A stretch of DNA of 64,000 bases, taken from positions 7,998,001 to 8,062,000 of the forward strand of contig JBHGNT010000017.1 in the NCBI GenBank assembly GCA_043228905.1, given 5' to 3'. The position numbers and the translations under genes are program-made. Positions 36,201 to 54,748 of this stretch are shown here, piece after piece. How positions within the stretch are numbered: the stretch's first letter is position 1; the number at the start of each line of letters is the position of its first letter. The DNA comes from Azolla caroliniana. Taxonomy: Eukaryota > Plantae > Polypodiophyta. The notes under the pieces were generated by a model that was not told where the DNA came from, did no database searches, and saw nothing but the letters and a program-made list of their open reading frames with translations.

Positions 36201-39200
36201 TACATTGAGCTAGAGATAAACATGCAAAATTAGATGATGCATTCTTTTTCTGCCTATATTTACTGTTTACTTATCTACATGTATGGTTGTTGAATATATT
36301 TAAATAAATATAATTCATGTTCTTTCTTTCGTTGTACTATTATAGTTTACCTCACTTGAGAACCAACTCTATCAACAAAATAGTGGAAGTTTAATATGCA
36401 AACAAAAATCTAAGTGTCCATTAATTTCAACCATCCATCACTCTGTTCTAATTTTCTGTTTTTCATGAGAATGGAATCAACCTTTGTCATTTGCATGGTG
36501 TACAATGTAGAAAAAGGACAGTTTCTTGCAGCTCATAGAGCTGTCTCAACACTCATCACTACAAATATGATCACAAAAATCTGAAACAATTACTTTACAA
36601 ACTTGATCAGACAGAAACAGAGGATGACTTCCTTTGAGTCAAAATGTTACTTCAACAGTAACATAATGTACGGCAATCTCACGGAACAGAAATATTGACT
36701 GATGCCATTATGCACAATGCCAGAGGCATCCTCAGTGAAGCATTATCTGCCACTACCTAGAATGTAAAAACTACTAGTCAACTCTCTTGTGAGTGATTTT
36801 TAAAAAGCTACATTCCCTAGTAATTTTTCAATTGCGTTGATAATGTCATTTCATTGAAGAACAAGATGCTGGCAAATGTAGGTTTTTAAAATCAGGTTGT
36901 ATCTTCAACATTAAGCCGTAATAGCTCATATAATTCTTGACTCAAAATTCCTTAATGGAGAATTCTTTCTAAAGTTTTTCAGCCATGTCCTTTTGTTAAT
37001 ATTAAAGAAAGTGAATACAAGCACAGACAATAACAAATTCTGAAGAAAATGCATGTGCTTTATTGTTGCAGGAAGCAAAATGGCCGTAATCTGAGATAGT
37101 GGATAGATTCCTTGTGATTTTCCTCTAAAGGGGCATACCAATTTATAATGGTCAATAGCATCTTGTAACAAATTTTTAGCTTCGCAATAATTTGCCCACC
37201 ATCTGTGTAAATAAGGGTCTTTTTTTTCATCCATGTACTTCTTTAAATCATCAACTCTTCCTATGGAATAAAGCATGCGAGGAACTTCATATCTGAAATA
37301 CGATTGACACACAAAGGCATGAAAATGATCATGGAACCAAATTATTTAATAGAACACAGCATAAAACACAATAAATAACAATCAAGATTTGAATGTTCAG
37401 AAAAAGACGGCCCATTTCCTACCAGTTTTGAGGAAAATATTTCAAGGAACTTGTTTGCACACTAACAATGCATGATCATGTTATTATAGTTATTCAGAAA
37501 TTGTTACCTATGAGTATTTGATGATTCATAGTGGCCTATTGCCTTTTGAACATCACCAATAGCCTCCAAATGCTTAGCATAGGTATGGTGAATATTCTTC
37601 AAGTTTAGAGAATCATATTTGGATGCTATTTCTATTGCTTTCTCCCAGTTTCCACAAGTCTAAATCCATCAATAAAACAAAGTTGAGGACTAGTTAGATA
37701 AATTCCTCAAGCCTACAATAACTCTATTAATATAGTTTTTTCAAAATGAGAAACAGTGAATTGTGAACCTGACTTCAAATGAAAGGAATTGAGCATATAG
37801 TGCAACAAATGAAACTTCTTTATGTGCAATACGTAACAGCTATCAAACAATACTGTAGGTGGCTGATGGCAACATATGTAAAGTATTCTAGACCAAAAGC
37901 TCAATTATTCCTTACCTAGTGAATTGAATCATTCGCCACAACCCACAATATAGTTGAGGATTCCAGAAATGCATTGTTCTCACAGGCCGAACATCTACCA
38001 TGATTACATATATTTCGTAGAAGTTAATTAGAACCGACCTATGAGATACTATAATTGGTATTTCTCCTAAGCTTGTACAGACATCTTCCTATGGTGAACA
38101 ATACACAGGAACAATTTTTTCTTGGAGGCAAAAGAGATAGTATCAGCCATGAAAACTTCATCTTGCTGGTAGCACTTTCTAGGAATCTATGGCCGAAAGG
38201 CTAGAATGAACTAACCCTTAGTTGATCTCTTCTAATAGTTCCAGAACTAGGCTACCCTCTAGGATAGTCTCAGTATATCCAATGGTAACTCAAGAATTTG
38301 ATACTCTTAAGATATGCATCCGCTGTCAGCGTTTCAGAGATATTCACCTTCAAGATTCAATCCTAATTGCTACAATCAAGTCTACATCATATTGATCATT
38401 TATTGCATTTTTGTGCATTTCCTAAACGTTTGTAGTCAAGTATGGTATCATCTCGCATAAAACAGGCTCACGACATTCAAATGCTTGGAGAGTCATTACT
38501 GAAATTACTTGACAATAATTGTATGCAAACTACTCCTAGTAAATTCTTGCAAAAACTACACCTCAAAAATATTTATACTAAACATAATCTGCAAACTACA
38601 CCTGGTAAAGCCTTGCAAGAAGATCATAGTGTTTGCACTTAATATATAGTCTCTCTGCATCTTCTACGCAGCCGAGCTGTATTGCAACCATAGCAGCTTT
38701 TGTTTCTGTGTCTTGCAAGTTTGGCTGTAGCATTTCCCCATATAATTATAAGCTCATTTTGGAAATCTGTAGTTAAGAGAAGAAAAGGTATTTCTGGAAT
38801 ATGACTTACATATCCACAATTCTTATTATTGATTGCTGAAACAGCATATGCCCGACCCATCTGTGAAAAGCAGGATATAGCTGTATCTAGAAGCTCATGT
38901 TTCATACAGTAATAAGCCATTTTCTTCAATGTCAAGAGGTCATTCATAGATTCAATAAACCTGTACACTTCCATCATACGTCCAGCCAAGATTGAATAGC
39001 TAAAGTTCAATAAGTCATGATGAGTCCTTCCATCAGCATTCTCCTGCAAAGTTGGGCTACTAATCATTTCTCTAAGCACAAAAGGATGAATATCATGAAG
39101 GGAAATTAAGACAGTGTTATTACCATGCTAGCAAGAATTCCCATTGGTATCCTTTTGATTATCGGAGCTTTTGGTACATGATTTTCATCAGAATTGAACT

Positions 39201-42200
39201 TCTCAAACAGGTATAAATAAGGTTCATGTTTACCTAGAAGATAAAATTTATCATCCTCTATATCTTTCTGTCCAAAGTCATAAAACATTTGTATACACAC
39301 GTTAGATAATCAAGTTTTGAATCTCCCTTTCTCCTCCCTCTCTTGTTTTAGAAGAAACAAAACTACAAGTTTGCTCAACGGATTCTAGTGTATATGATAA
39401 CATCTCTTTGTTTCTTCCACGGAGGGGGTCTGGAGTATATTATAATTCTCCTTTACTTACACTTTTTGTTTTCTTTTTAGTTCTTAATTCTTTTCTACAC
39501 ACAAATGACAAGACTACCATAAACCATAAGCCTAAATCAAAAGGCTACTACTCACACAAAGATAGGCAACTTAAATCCCTTACCATCAATACAACTAAAA
39601 TTCTATGCCATGTTGGTGCAACTAGAATGTTACATCAAGCTAGGAGGTATATCTAATTCTTCTTTGATACATTTTTTTTATTTTTTGCTTTTGTTGATTT
39701 CTTACTATTAACCCTAAACCCAGTGAAAAGTGGCCAAAATCCTTTACCATCACTGAAACTATACTGCAATGCCATGTTGGTGCTACTGGTAATGCTATAT
39801 CGTGCTAGGAAGCATATGATAATTCTCCTTGACTTGAATTCTTTGGGATTTTAATCTTAATTCTTTTCTACCGGCACATAACACGACTACTATACACCCA
39901 AACCCAAAGAAAAAAACTACTCAGCCAAGTAAAAGCCACTTAAATCCCGTACCATCAATTAAATTTACCTTCTCTTGTTTGATAATTCCCTTTATATGGT
40001 CTACGAAAAATGTCATGACACCTGATTCAGCACCCAATCCATTCTTCCCATTATCGATCTATTTAGTCACAAAAGTTACAATATTTAGCAGATATATTTG
40101 AACACATTCCGTAGTATTGCACACCAAATATCTGTAAACTTAACTTTTGAGTATAGTATTTAATCCACATATTCTTACAGGTGTAACTTGGCAAGCAAGC
40201 TGCTGGAATTCTTCACTATCCCAGCAATGAGTTACAAGCATTTTCCCTTCTGATCTATTCAAAGTAAATGTACCATTTAAGTTTACAGAGTATAAATTGA
40301 AGGATCCTTAAACAAAGTTTATAACATTACCCATAATATTTAAGATGCAGCAAACCTGAAGTCAATATGATAAAATTTGTCAAGAGCTGAATCATAAATG
40401 TAAAGTGTGGAATCCAAAATCTCTCTGGTTTTCCTTCTAACCATGAAACTCACTTTGCTACCATTGTAGTTGCACTTAATTGAGCATATGCTGCATGGAT
40501 CCTTGGTTACAAGTGAAACCTTTCAAACACGAAGTAGAGTATAAATAAAAAGTTTCAGATCACATTTATCTTGTCAAATGAAATTTTAGAAAGGCTTACT
40601 TTTCTTCCCATGTCAGATAAAAAGGTTTTCATAAAACCATCATCAAATTTCCACATCTGAATATATCCATTTTCAGTAGCCTGGCAAGAAAAGACACCCA
40701 ATTTGAACACTTCCCATTACATTCTTCACCTACGCAGCAAAGCCATTAGTAAAGCTTCTACATCTATCTGTGTAGGAAATGTGTTTGTATTTATTCTCAG
40801 AAGTGCTTATATTTAAGTTTCTAAAGCAAGCGTTAACCAGGGCTAATAAAGTATCTCCTACCACAACAAGGAAACCTTCACAAACATCGAGACCGACCAC
40901 ATTTCCCTGAGGCTCATTCAGCTCCAATTTGTCCTTTGGAGACCCCTACATATTCAAAACTGAAGATTACATAGAAACTTGAAGTATAATGAATTTACGT
41001 GCTATTCCGTATGCAGTAATCATCTAAATGAACTACCTGAAAGTCAAGGACTTCAATTGTTATGCCTTGGGCTCTGATGATGAAGTTTCTATGCAACACA
41101 AGATATTCACTAGTAGAAAAAGGAAATGAACTTTCCAAATGATGGCCTGAAGCATGTCCACACATAAGACAAGCTTTAGGAATCTGTTAGGGTAGGAACA
41201 GAGTTTATATAACTGTTACAATGAATTTATAAACTTCCAATTTTCTGAGTGGATGAATGGATACAGAGCATAACTCTTGGACCTGTGTTGAATACTAATC
41301 TAAGTCTATGAAATCCATGGTAATCATCATTTAATTCAAAATTTGACCATTCTTTCTCGTAGTTCAATAATCAATGACATTCAGAATACTGAAACACTTC
41401 AATATGGTGATTCACTACAGCATGTTATTGAGAACCCATAGCTATGTCAACAGTCAAACTGAACAGTTTTTCAGATAAGGGTAGGCTGTTGCTTATACTG
41501 CTAAAAGTAGAGCACATTGCCAAGTGCTGGGTCACCAGCAACATCACACATGCTCTCCATTCCAGAAATGCAATATTTCTTTTTCTTTTTGAAATATTCA
41601 GTACAAAAAATCTTCAGAAATGCCTTGTTGCCTACTTCTAAGGGAACTACAAAACATAGTATACACAATGGCATTAGTCAAGAAAGCAATGTCATTGAAA
41701 GATACAATACTAAAATAAATCCAGTAATGATGCTGAAACCGAAGCCGAAATCAACAAAGAAGCAAAAAACTCCATCAAATCAGCTTATGTGAATTGGGGT
41801 TTAGACAAATCCTGGTACGTGTATTTTCTTATCCTGTTGGTGGCTCACAGCTAATAATAGATCACGGTTTTACATTTATTGGCATTGACATTTGGTTTTT
41901 TCATCATTGTTTTCCCTTTCACTATGTGCAATCACAAAAAGGCATGATTTCATAAATGTAGGATAGATTAGCAGTCTGCCAATCTTGCCTTTTAAGATTC
42001 TTGCCAAAGAAAGTTAAGCATAGTTAGTTCACTTAGAAATGATATTTTTTTGATGAAAAAAAGTGTATAAAGCCTTCATTTACAGCTGGGAAATTCTGTT
42101 ACGGGGGTAAATTATCAAGAACTTAAGGTTTTCTCAATATCCTCAAAGGTTAGAATGAAAAAATGTGATTTTCAGCAAACTTAGAGTTGAGCATGAGAAT

Positions 42201-42602
42201 TTCGTCTTCGCTGTGTGAATTTATACGTTTATGTATTAAATAACGAAAAATATAGAAGAAAAAGAAATGCAATACCTGAATCGTGGAGCTGAAAAAGCTC
42301 TGCTTTGGTCTCAGACCACATCAACAAGCGAGCGTCCCAGATATCCATTCCGATAATGGGAGAGCTAGAATAGAGAACCTGAACAGACTACATATGGAAG
42401 AGAAGAAAACTATAATGAAGTTACGAGAAACAGAGAGTTGTCTCCAGGGATTCAAAGACGCTGAAACGTAAGAGATGAAGAGGGGGAAGTTTATACATAC
42501 CGAGGAGATCAGAGAGTATACAGCTGCCGAGGTGTGGGAGAGCTGAACGATAGCAGAGCGCTGGCGGCATTTGAACAGAGGGGTGAGCGTGGCCATGGCC
42601 AT
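30258..42602 (-). CDS. IFT140: Intraflagellar transport protein 140 homologue (IFT-A complex), 27 exons, about 990 aa
   Basis: GT-AG exons with consistent phases: 42602-42501, 42378-42276, 41146-41037, 40945-40862, 40680-40600, 40519-40356, 40254-40179, 40058-39969, 39267-39124, 39043-38810, 38724-38602, 37659-37508, 37292-37139, 36173-36057, 35974-35849, 34287-34204, 34111-33999, 33326-33236, 32201-32013, 31740-31685, 31591-31504, 31432-31340, 31208-31092, 30807-30715, 30631-30557, 30471-30385, 30284-30258. Diagnostic peptides include [76 protein letters not shown] and FYEACAQIEIDGFRDYEKAL. The start codon is the least certain part. Confidence 0.92.
34461..34997. repeat. Intronic direct duplication (about 260 bp x2)
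   Basis: 34461-34720 and 34738-34997 are nearly identical (CTCTCAAGATGAGACAATTTTCAAA...GGGATCTGACAGT). Confidence 0.9.
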
Positions 42603-44411
42603 GGTGATCGCCGAAGCTGCGACTGTGAAGAGGATCGATCGATGGATCGATCGTGGAAGAAGCTTTCCCTCTTCTTTCTGTCTTTCCTTCCTTCCTTCCT
42701 TCAACTAACTGTGAAGATCGTTGGGTTTTTGAGGAAATTACAGAACTAGCCCTCCATTGTGTGGAAACTACATTGTTATACCCTCAACCCCCACCCAAAG
42801 TTCTTGGGGGGAGCCGAGAAAAGGAAAGAAAAACTCTACATTTTGCTTTGGGTTGGGGTGGTACTGGTCACTATGAACACATGCCTGCCTCTCTATCATT
42901 TTCTTCACACCTCCACCCTTGCCACAAACACTACTACACAACTCAACCCATTTCACATGCACACTCCAATGTGTCGACACGCCATCATGCCCCCCAAATC
43001 TGCTCAGATGCAAACAAATAATAATAATGCAACAATTTATGCCGAGCGAATCGTTTTCTGTTCATATCGTTGTACATCCACAATGCATAGCACTAATTCG
43101 TCCACACTCAGACCAAGAAAAACGAGTTAACCACGTAAGTACCTATGATTGAGTCTATGTTGATTCTCCAATTACATCATCCAGCACTCCCTTGTAAGTT
43201 GTAGCTATTTACCATCCCATGGTGATAAACTCGATCTTCATTCTCTAACTACATCATCTAGCACTCCCTTGCAACCCTTGTAGTTATTTACCATCCAGTA
43301 GGTGTGAACTCCTTAGTGAACTAAATGTTAATGTTATACGTGTAATTCCAGCCAATTTTACAACCATTTGGTTGGAAAATCCATAATACGCTCAACTTGT
43401 ACCTTGTATTGGTTCCATTTCACTGGGTCGTGTTAGTAGATTTGTTTCGGCATGAGTCACACTTAGTACATCTAATTGCCATTCAACCCTTGCCTCTACA
43501 CTCTTAGATTCAAGAGCCAAGTCGTGTTTTGCAGATCAAGATTTTGTGTTAGAAAAACATATTCACTTGCACAAACAAACTTCCCCTTCCCGGTTATTAT
43601 TAGGGTTGGTTTCATTTGGAGAATCTTTAATCATTCTCATAGAGAGCTAGATCACTTGATTGCTTGTATGGTCACAAACATTATTTGGTTTGGATTCATT
43701 TCAAAACACTTTGATCATCTTGAAGGAGATGCTTGAAGGAGGTACACATCATATAAGATACTTTGGATTACCTCAAATTCCTACCCAAGTGTTTTTTTAT
43801 CTCTTCTAAAATTTTGACGTATACATTCAAGTGTAGTCGTAAAGCTTGTATACATTCAAGGTTGTAATTTCATATCCCAAGCAATGGGTTCAATAATATA
43901 CTCATATTGTAATAACTAAAAGTCATTCTTGATTGAGATCATGAACATATGATTTGCACAAAATATTGGATATCCTTAAGAGTGTGAACTAAAAGTCACT
44001 CTTGTTTGAGATCAAGAACATATGATTTGCTTTTAAAAAAATGGGCTTGTGACATTGGCATCAACATTTATATGCAATGCAAGGTGTGAGAATAATATTA
44101 CTGCCTTACAAAAGGCAATCGGCCTTTAAAATAACAATCAAAGAAAGCTTTGACCCATTATTTGTGTTGTTTTCTCACTACATGATTTCTCATTAATGGA
44201 GGAAAGATGAAGAGTGTGAACAAAAATTAGTAGCATGGAGTTTACGTAGATGCACAAAATATTGGATATCCTTAAGATTAAGTAGCTATGTTTCCAAGAG
44301 CAATTGAACCGATTTGTTGGTAGATTTTCAACGCTAGAGGAATTTAATTGTCGCGTGCTTGATAACAACTTTATATTGAACGTGGTGATGACCATATCCT
44401 TGTGTGTTCAT

Positions 44412-49837
<5,426 letters not shown>

Positions 49838-50499
49838 TAGTAGCAGCAAAACAAAATCTAGCTACACTGATAAATAGTAAGACCTTATATAACTATCACA
49901 AGTTTTTTTTTCCTCCCTTTGAGATGTTTTTGATGAGAGAGAACACTCTTGCAGAGTAGCAACGATGGGCAATTGTAGAAGAGCAGATACATACACATAG
50001 ACATACGTCTATATAAATAATCACTTCATGGTAGGCTCTATATATGTAACTGTACTAACTATAAATATGAGAAAGAATCTGACCCTTTCCCTTCTCTCTC
50101 CCCATTCAATATTTTGTCTCTTGAAATCTTGGGGGCCTTTCTGGACCCTGCAGAGACCCAACAAAAATAAAAAAATAAAAATAAAAAGAGAAAGAGAAAA
50201 CAAAAGTTTATTCTTATATAACGTTTCCCGCAAGTAACAGAGAATTCTTATTCTATTCTACTAAAAAGCGTGTTGTGTACCATGGTTCCTCATCTCTCTC
50301 TCTCTCTCTCTCTCTTTAAGACAGGGGCAGGGGCAGGGGCAGGGGGCAGGCTACCTCTGAGCCCCTGCTCCCCATGTAGAGCCTCATCATATTCTTCTTC
50401 TTCTTCTTCTTCTCTCAAATGTTGGATAAATACTTGTAAGTTGTGTACATATGTACGTACATTCTTCTCACCCATTTTCCGGGCATTCCGTTTTACTCG

Positions 50500-50712
50500 C
50501 GATGTCCGAGCTTCCCGGACATTCCATTTTATGGGCGATGTCTGAGCTTCCCAGACATTCCGTTTCATGGGCGATGACCAAGCTTCCCGGACACTCCGTT
50601 TCATGGGCAATGTCCAAGCTTCCCGGACATTTCGTTTTATGGGCAATGTCCGAACATCCCAAACATTCCGTTTTATGGGCAATGTCTGAGCCTCCTGGAC
50701 ATTCCGTTTTAC
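50500..50712. repeat. Minisatellite, 36-bp unit x about 6
   Basis: Unit CCGGACATTCCGTTTTATGGGCGATGTCCGAGCTTC, which produces the repetitive ORFs in several frames. Confidence 0.9.
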
Positions 50713-52324
50713 ACGTGGGGGATTCCTTCTTCTCTTCCTCCTCCCCCGTAGATAGATACATCATGCATCGCCTTTATTCCCTCTCGGATCAGAGCCTATG
50801 TTCCCCGAGTTCTGCTTTTGGCTCGACCCCTCGTAGCATCTGTGCCTTTGTCTTTTCTTTCAATCCTCGAAAGGTCACGACCCACTCATAATTTATACCA
50901 AGGCTTTGCACATCGGATTTCGATTCCCCACCTTCGTCTTCTTCTTTTTGTTCTTTTCTTTTTGCCCTCCTTGTCTCTTGCCTCTTCAATGCTTCTCTTA
51001 CTTTTTGGACCCACTCAAAGGGTATAGTGATGCCCACTAGGCCATGTAGCTATAGTTCTCTTCCAATTTGGAAAATTACAAATCTAGCATTGTCCTTTTT
51101 CCCTTTGATTTTCTAGTTACACCTCCATAGACATATACGATATAGTGTTGGGTCCATCTTCATGACAAACTTTGAAATGTGTTTCTCTTGTAGCTATGTC
51201 AAGGATACTTTAACAAGCAGAGTTCAAGGGATTGGAGTTTCATGCCATCTAGGACAGAAGCATATTTTATAGACGGGTTTCTAATATGGTGGAGTGGTTC
51301 TACTCTACACCGAAGTATTTATTTAAGCCAGTGGTTAGACTTTAGAAAACAAAGTATCATTACTGAAAGGTACATCTAGTATATATAGCCTTAGGGCGTT
51401 TTCTACTAGTGTAGTAAATTAGTATCATTTTTCAGAAAAAAAAGAAAAAAGAAAAAAAATCTACATCAAGGATACTCATTATCTTGGCAAGCATCTACGA
51501 GTCTCTTGGCCATTATATGGAGGCCACTTCACCTCGACAAAAACTCCCTCTTTCTTTAGGCGTGCTTCAAGGGCACATCCATTGTGCAACTCAACTTAAT
51601 TTTCCTAGTAGAAAATAAGAACTTCGTTTTCGTAGTGGAAAATAAGAACATCATTTTAGTATTTAGTTTGACTAACCATCGCATAAAGTTTTCTTGGTGT
51701 AATGATTTCAATCATTTATTTGAATTCATGATCTTTTCTCCACGAAAGTTCCTCTTTCCTCATCCACCCATCAATTCAATCGTCTATTGATTTGTTCATC
51801 TCTCTCTCTCTCTCATCATCTTCGATTCAATTATTAATATCCTTTATTGATATTCCTAACTTCCTAGACCATATGTAATATGTATATTGAACCTTTTACA
51901 AGACGTGTATAATGTGTCATTATCATATGCATAACTATCCACACCTTCACATGTGCATGCGTGAATCCTTGTTTCACCTTGGTCGAGCAAGTGTTTCTCG
52001 CAATCATGCTTTCGATCTTAAATTGTTTCAATAGATGGCACATTATGTTGATGGATGAACACATGTTCCATCGTTGTCTAGAGAGTAATGATATATATAA
52101 TATCTATGTATAAATTTTGTTGGCTTGATCCAAAAATATTTATACATTTTTTTGTGAGAAAGTTGTATCTCTTTCATCTCTTTGATAATCTAATTTATTG
52201 ATAGTCAAACTCTATACATGTACAAACAAATCACCTTTGTGTGACTTTCCACTTGCGTTTCCTTTTTGTCTTGTTACCTATATTAAGCTATCCCCTTCGA
52301 TGGCAACAAAAGTGTGTGTGTGTG

Positions 52325-52808
52325 TAGCAATGGGCACGGTTTCGGCTCAAACCGAACCGAACCGTTAAGCCATGGTTTTAACTTATAACGGTTTATTGGT
52401 TCCAAAAAAAATTAATGGTTTGGTTTGGTTTGGATTTTCAATAAACCATTCGGTTTCGGTTCTAAAACTTAGGTTTTTGGTTAACTTTTTTTTTACCTTA
52501 ATAGTTTATTGATTTAATAAATTTAACTTAAATGTTTGTTTAATTTAATGTATTTTTGTTTATTTAGATGTTTAATTAGTTTGACTTAAGTGGTTATGTT
52601 TAAATTTTTTATTAAATGGTTCGGTTCGGTTTCAACTTTTCCCTAAACGGTTTGGTTTAAAATGGTTTGGTTTAAACTTTTTCTTAAATGGTTTGGTTTA
52701 AATATTGAGAATTCATAAATGGTTTGGTTTGGTTTTTTTTTTAATAAACGGTTTAGTTTCGGTTCGGTTCGGTTTCTTTGCCTAGAAACTGAACCGTGCC
52801 CATTGCTA
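52325..52808. mobile_element. hAT-type MITE inserted in a (TG)n microsatellite
   Basis: Perfect TIR TAGCAATGGGCACGGTT / AACCGTGCCCATTGCTA, (TG)n on both sides, and internal GGTTT/CGGTT repeats. Confidence 0.9.
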
Positions 52809-53146
52809 TGTGTGTGTGTGTGTGTGTGTGTTTACATTCTTTCATTTTATTTATCCTCTCTCTTCATTCTCTTTCCTCTTCTCAGCATGACTTAAGGTTA
52901 GTTTCATACTCACCTATTAATATGTGGGCTACAAAGGAGGTACTTTCACACTTGCCAAAGTTCATCCAAAAATAAGCGTACAAATCTAGATTCTTTTTAC
53001 GAGGATTACTTTCATGCAATATAACTTTCACTTTTAGGACAGGAGGAGGGCTCAATTTTGTTTCCAATGGGCCCAAAAGTAAACATACTTTACGGCTCTA
53101 GGTATGCAGTGGCACATGTATCATTGCTTGTCATGAAGCTTGAATA

Positions 53147-53581
53147 AGGAGGCAATGGTATTGCTTTCCTTTTCATTGCATGAGTGTGGATTATTTCTAG
53201 CTATCAGTGGAAGGCAGATGATGTTGGGGTTGTAACCAATAACGAGATAAAAGGATAGAAGAGAATTAAAATAGACATGAGAAATAAGAAGAGAATGTAG
53301 TGAAATTGACGAGAAGAACAAGATTACAAGAATATGTCGAAGACTAGCGTATCATCACTTGTCATGAAGCTTGAATAAGGAGGCAATGGTATTGCTTTCC
53401 TTTTCATTGCATGAGTGTGGATTATTTCTAGCTATCAATGGAAGGCAGATGCTGTTGGGGTTGTAACCAATAACACGATAAAATGATAGAAGAGAATTAA
53501 AATAGACAAGAGAAATAAGAAGAGAATGTAGTGAAAATGACGAGAAGAACAAGATTACAAGAATATGTCGAAGACTAGCGT
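53147..53581. repeat. Tandem duplication, 231-bp period
   Basis: CTTGTCATGAAGCTTGAATAAGG...GTCGAAGACTAGCGT occurs twice; the duplicate ORFs 53121..53321 and 53355..53552 come from it. Confidence 0.9.
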
Positions 53582-54748
53582 TGAACCGGAATCGTTAATC
53601 AATGACTAAAGAAACTACTTATATACCATGGTTGGACCAATACACACTACTATAGAACAAGGATGGGATTGCTAACATCATCACTTCTATATTGTTGTTG
53701 TGCGATGTAGTTAGGGATGGGATATTTGGCCTCACATTGCGAGGCAAATAATGTGGCGCTATTATGTTTATTGAAGTGTCACATAACGATGCCTTGCAAC
53801 AACTAATATATATATACATGCATACATACATAGGAAAGCTCTCCTGTATTTGATGATCTTTTGTTATTTTATGCTCTCGATGTATTTTCCAACTCCCTTA
53901 CATTCTTCCACTCGTGCTCACATTCACAATGAAAATGTCAGTAAGACAACAAAATTTGGTCAAATAAAAATTTCATTAATAAGTGTCAAGACTAAAAAAA
54001 ATACACAGGCTCTCCATATATTTACAATAGCCATAAAGGAAAAAAAATGGAGATGATCTCCACTAATGTGATGATTCCTCATCGATTATAATTATCTTCT
54101 CTAGTGTTCCGCAGATCCTTGGTTGGATATAGAACATTGTTGTCGATCCATTTGTCTCATTCAACCTTAGAGACGTCTTTGATCCATTGATATCTTGAAA
54201 TGTAAAAGTATAAGAGTCAAATTTGTAATTAGGAGAAGCGTGAAATGATAGTTATTAGACCATTCTAAAATGAAGAGTTTTGCAAAATGCACTTACCACA
54301 AATTTAGTTGAGGATAACTGGTTATCAAAAATTTATAGCCTTTGTATGTGGCTATTTTTTACTTTTCTATCACTGGTGACCCCACCCATAATCTTTCATC
54401 TACAAAAGTAAAGATGAATTAGGACTACTTAAAAAGCTATGCTTTCACGAAGAAAATTCCAAAACACAAATTTAGACTTATGAAATGGGCATTAAGTCCT
54501 TTTATGCTACCTCTTCCCAAGTGGGAATCATGGTCCATGCATAAACGAACTACAAGGACGTCCTATTATATGACATGAACTCACCAAATTAATGATACAA
54601 AGGATCTAGCTGATAATATAGACGAAACTAAACCGGGTAACTTGATAAAAAATCGAGGAGACATACATTTTGTTTTGGGGATTACACATGTAAATGCACT
54701 TCTTTATAAAATGGGCCCAAGTGATCTTCTAAATAGACGGCGACCTCG

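Noticed and set aside
50290-50891. Repetitive ORFs (PMKRNVREA / ECPGSSDIAHK / GHSVLWAMSE)
   Set aside because: They are by-products of a 36-bp minisatellite that is open in several frames; no evidence of a real protein.
54060-54600. Exon-like segments with GT/AG sites as candidate missing IFT140 5' exons
   Set aside because: The segment I translated (54298-54399) has stops in all three frames and no IFT140/WD40 resemblance; likely a decayed fragment.
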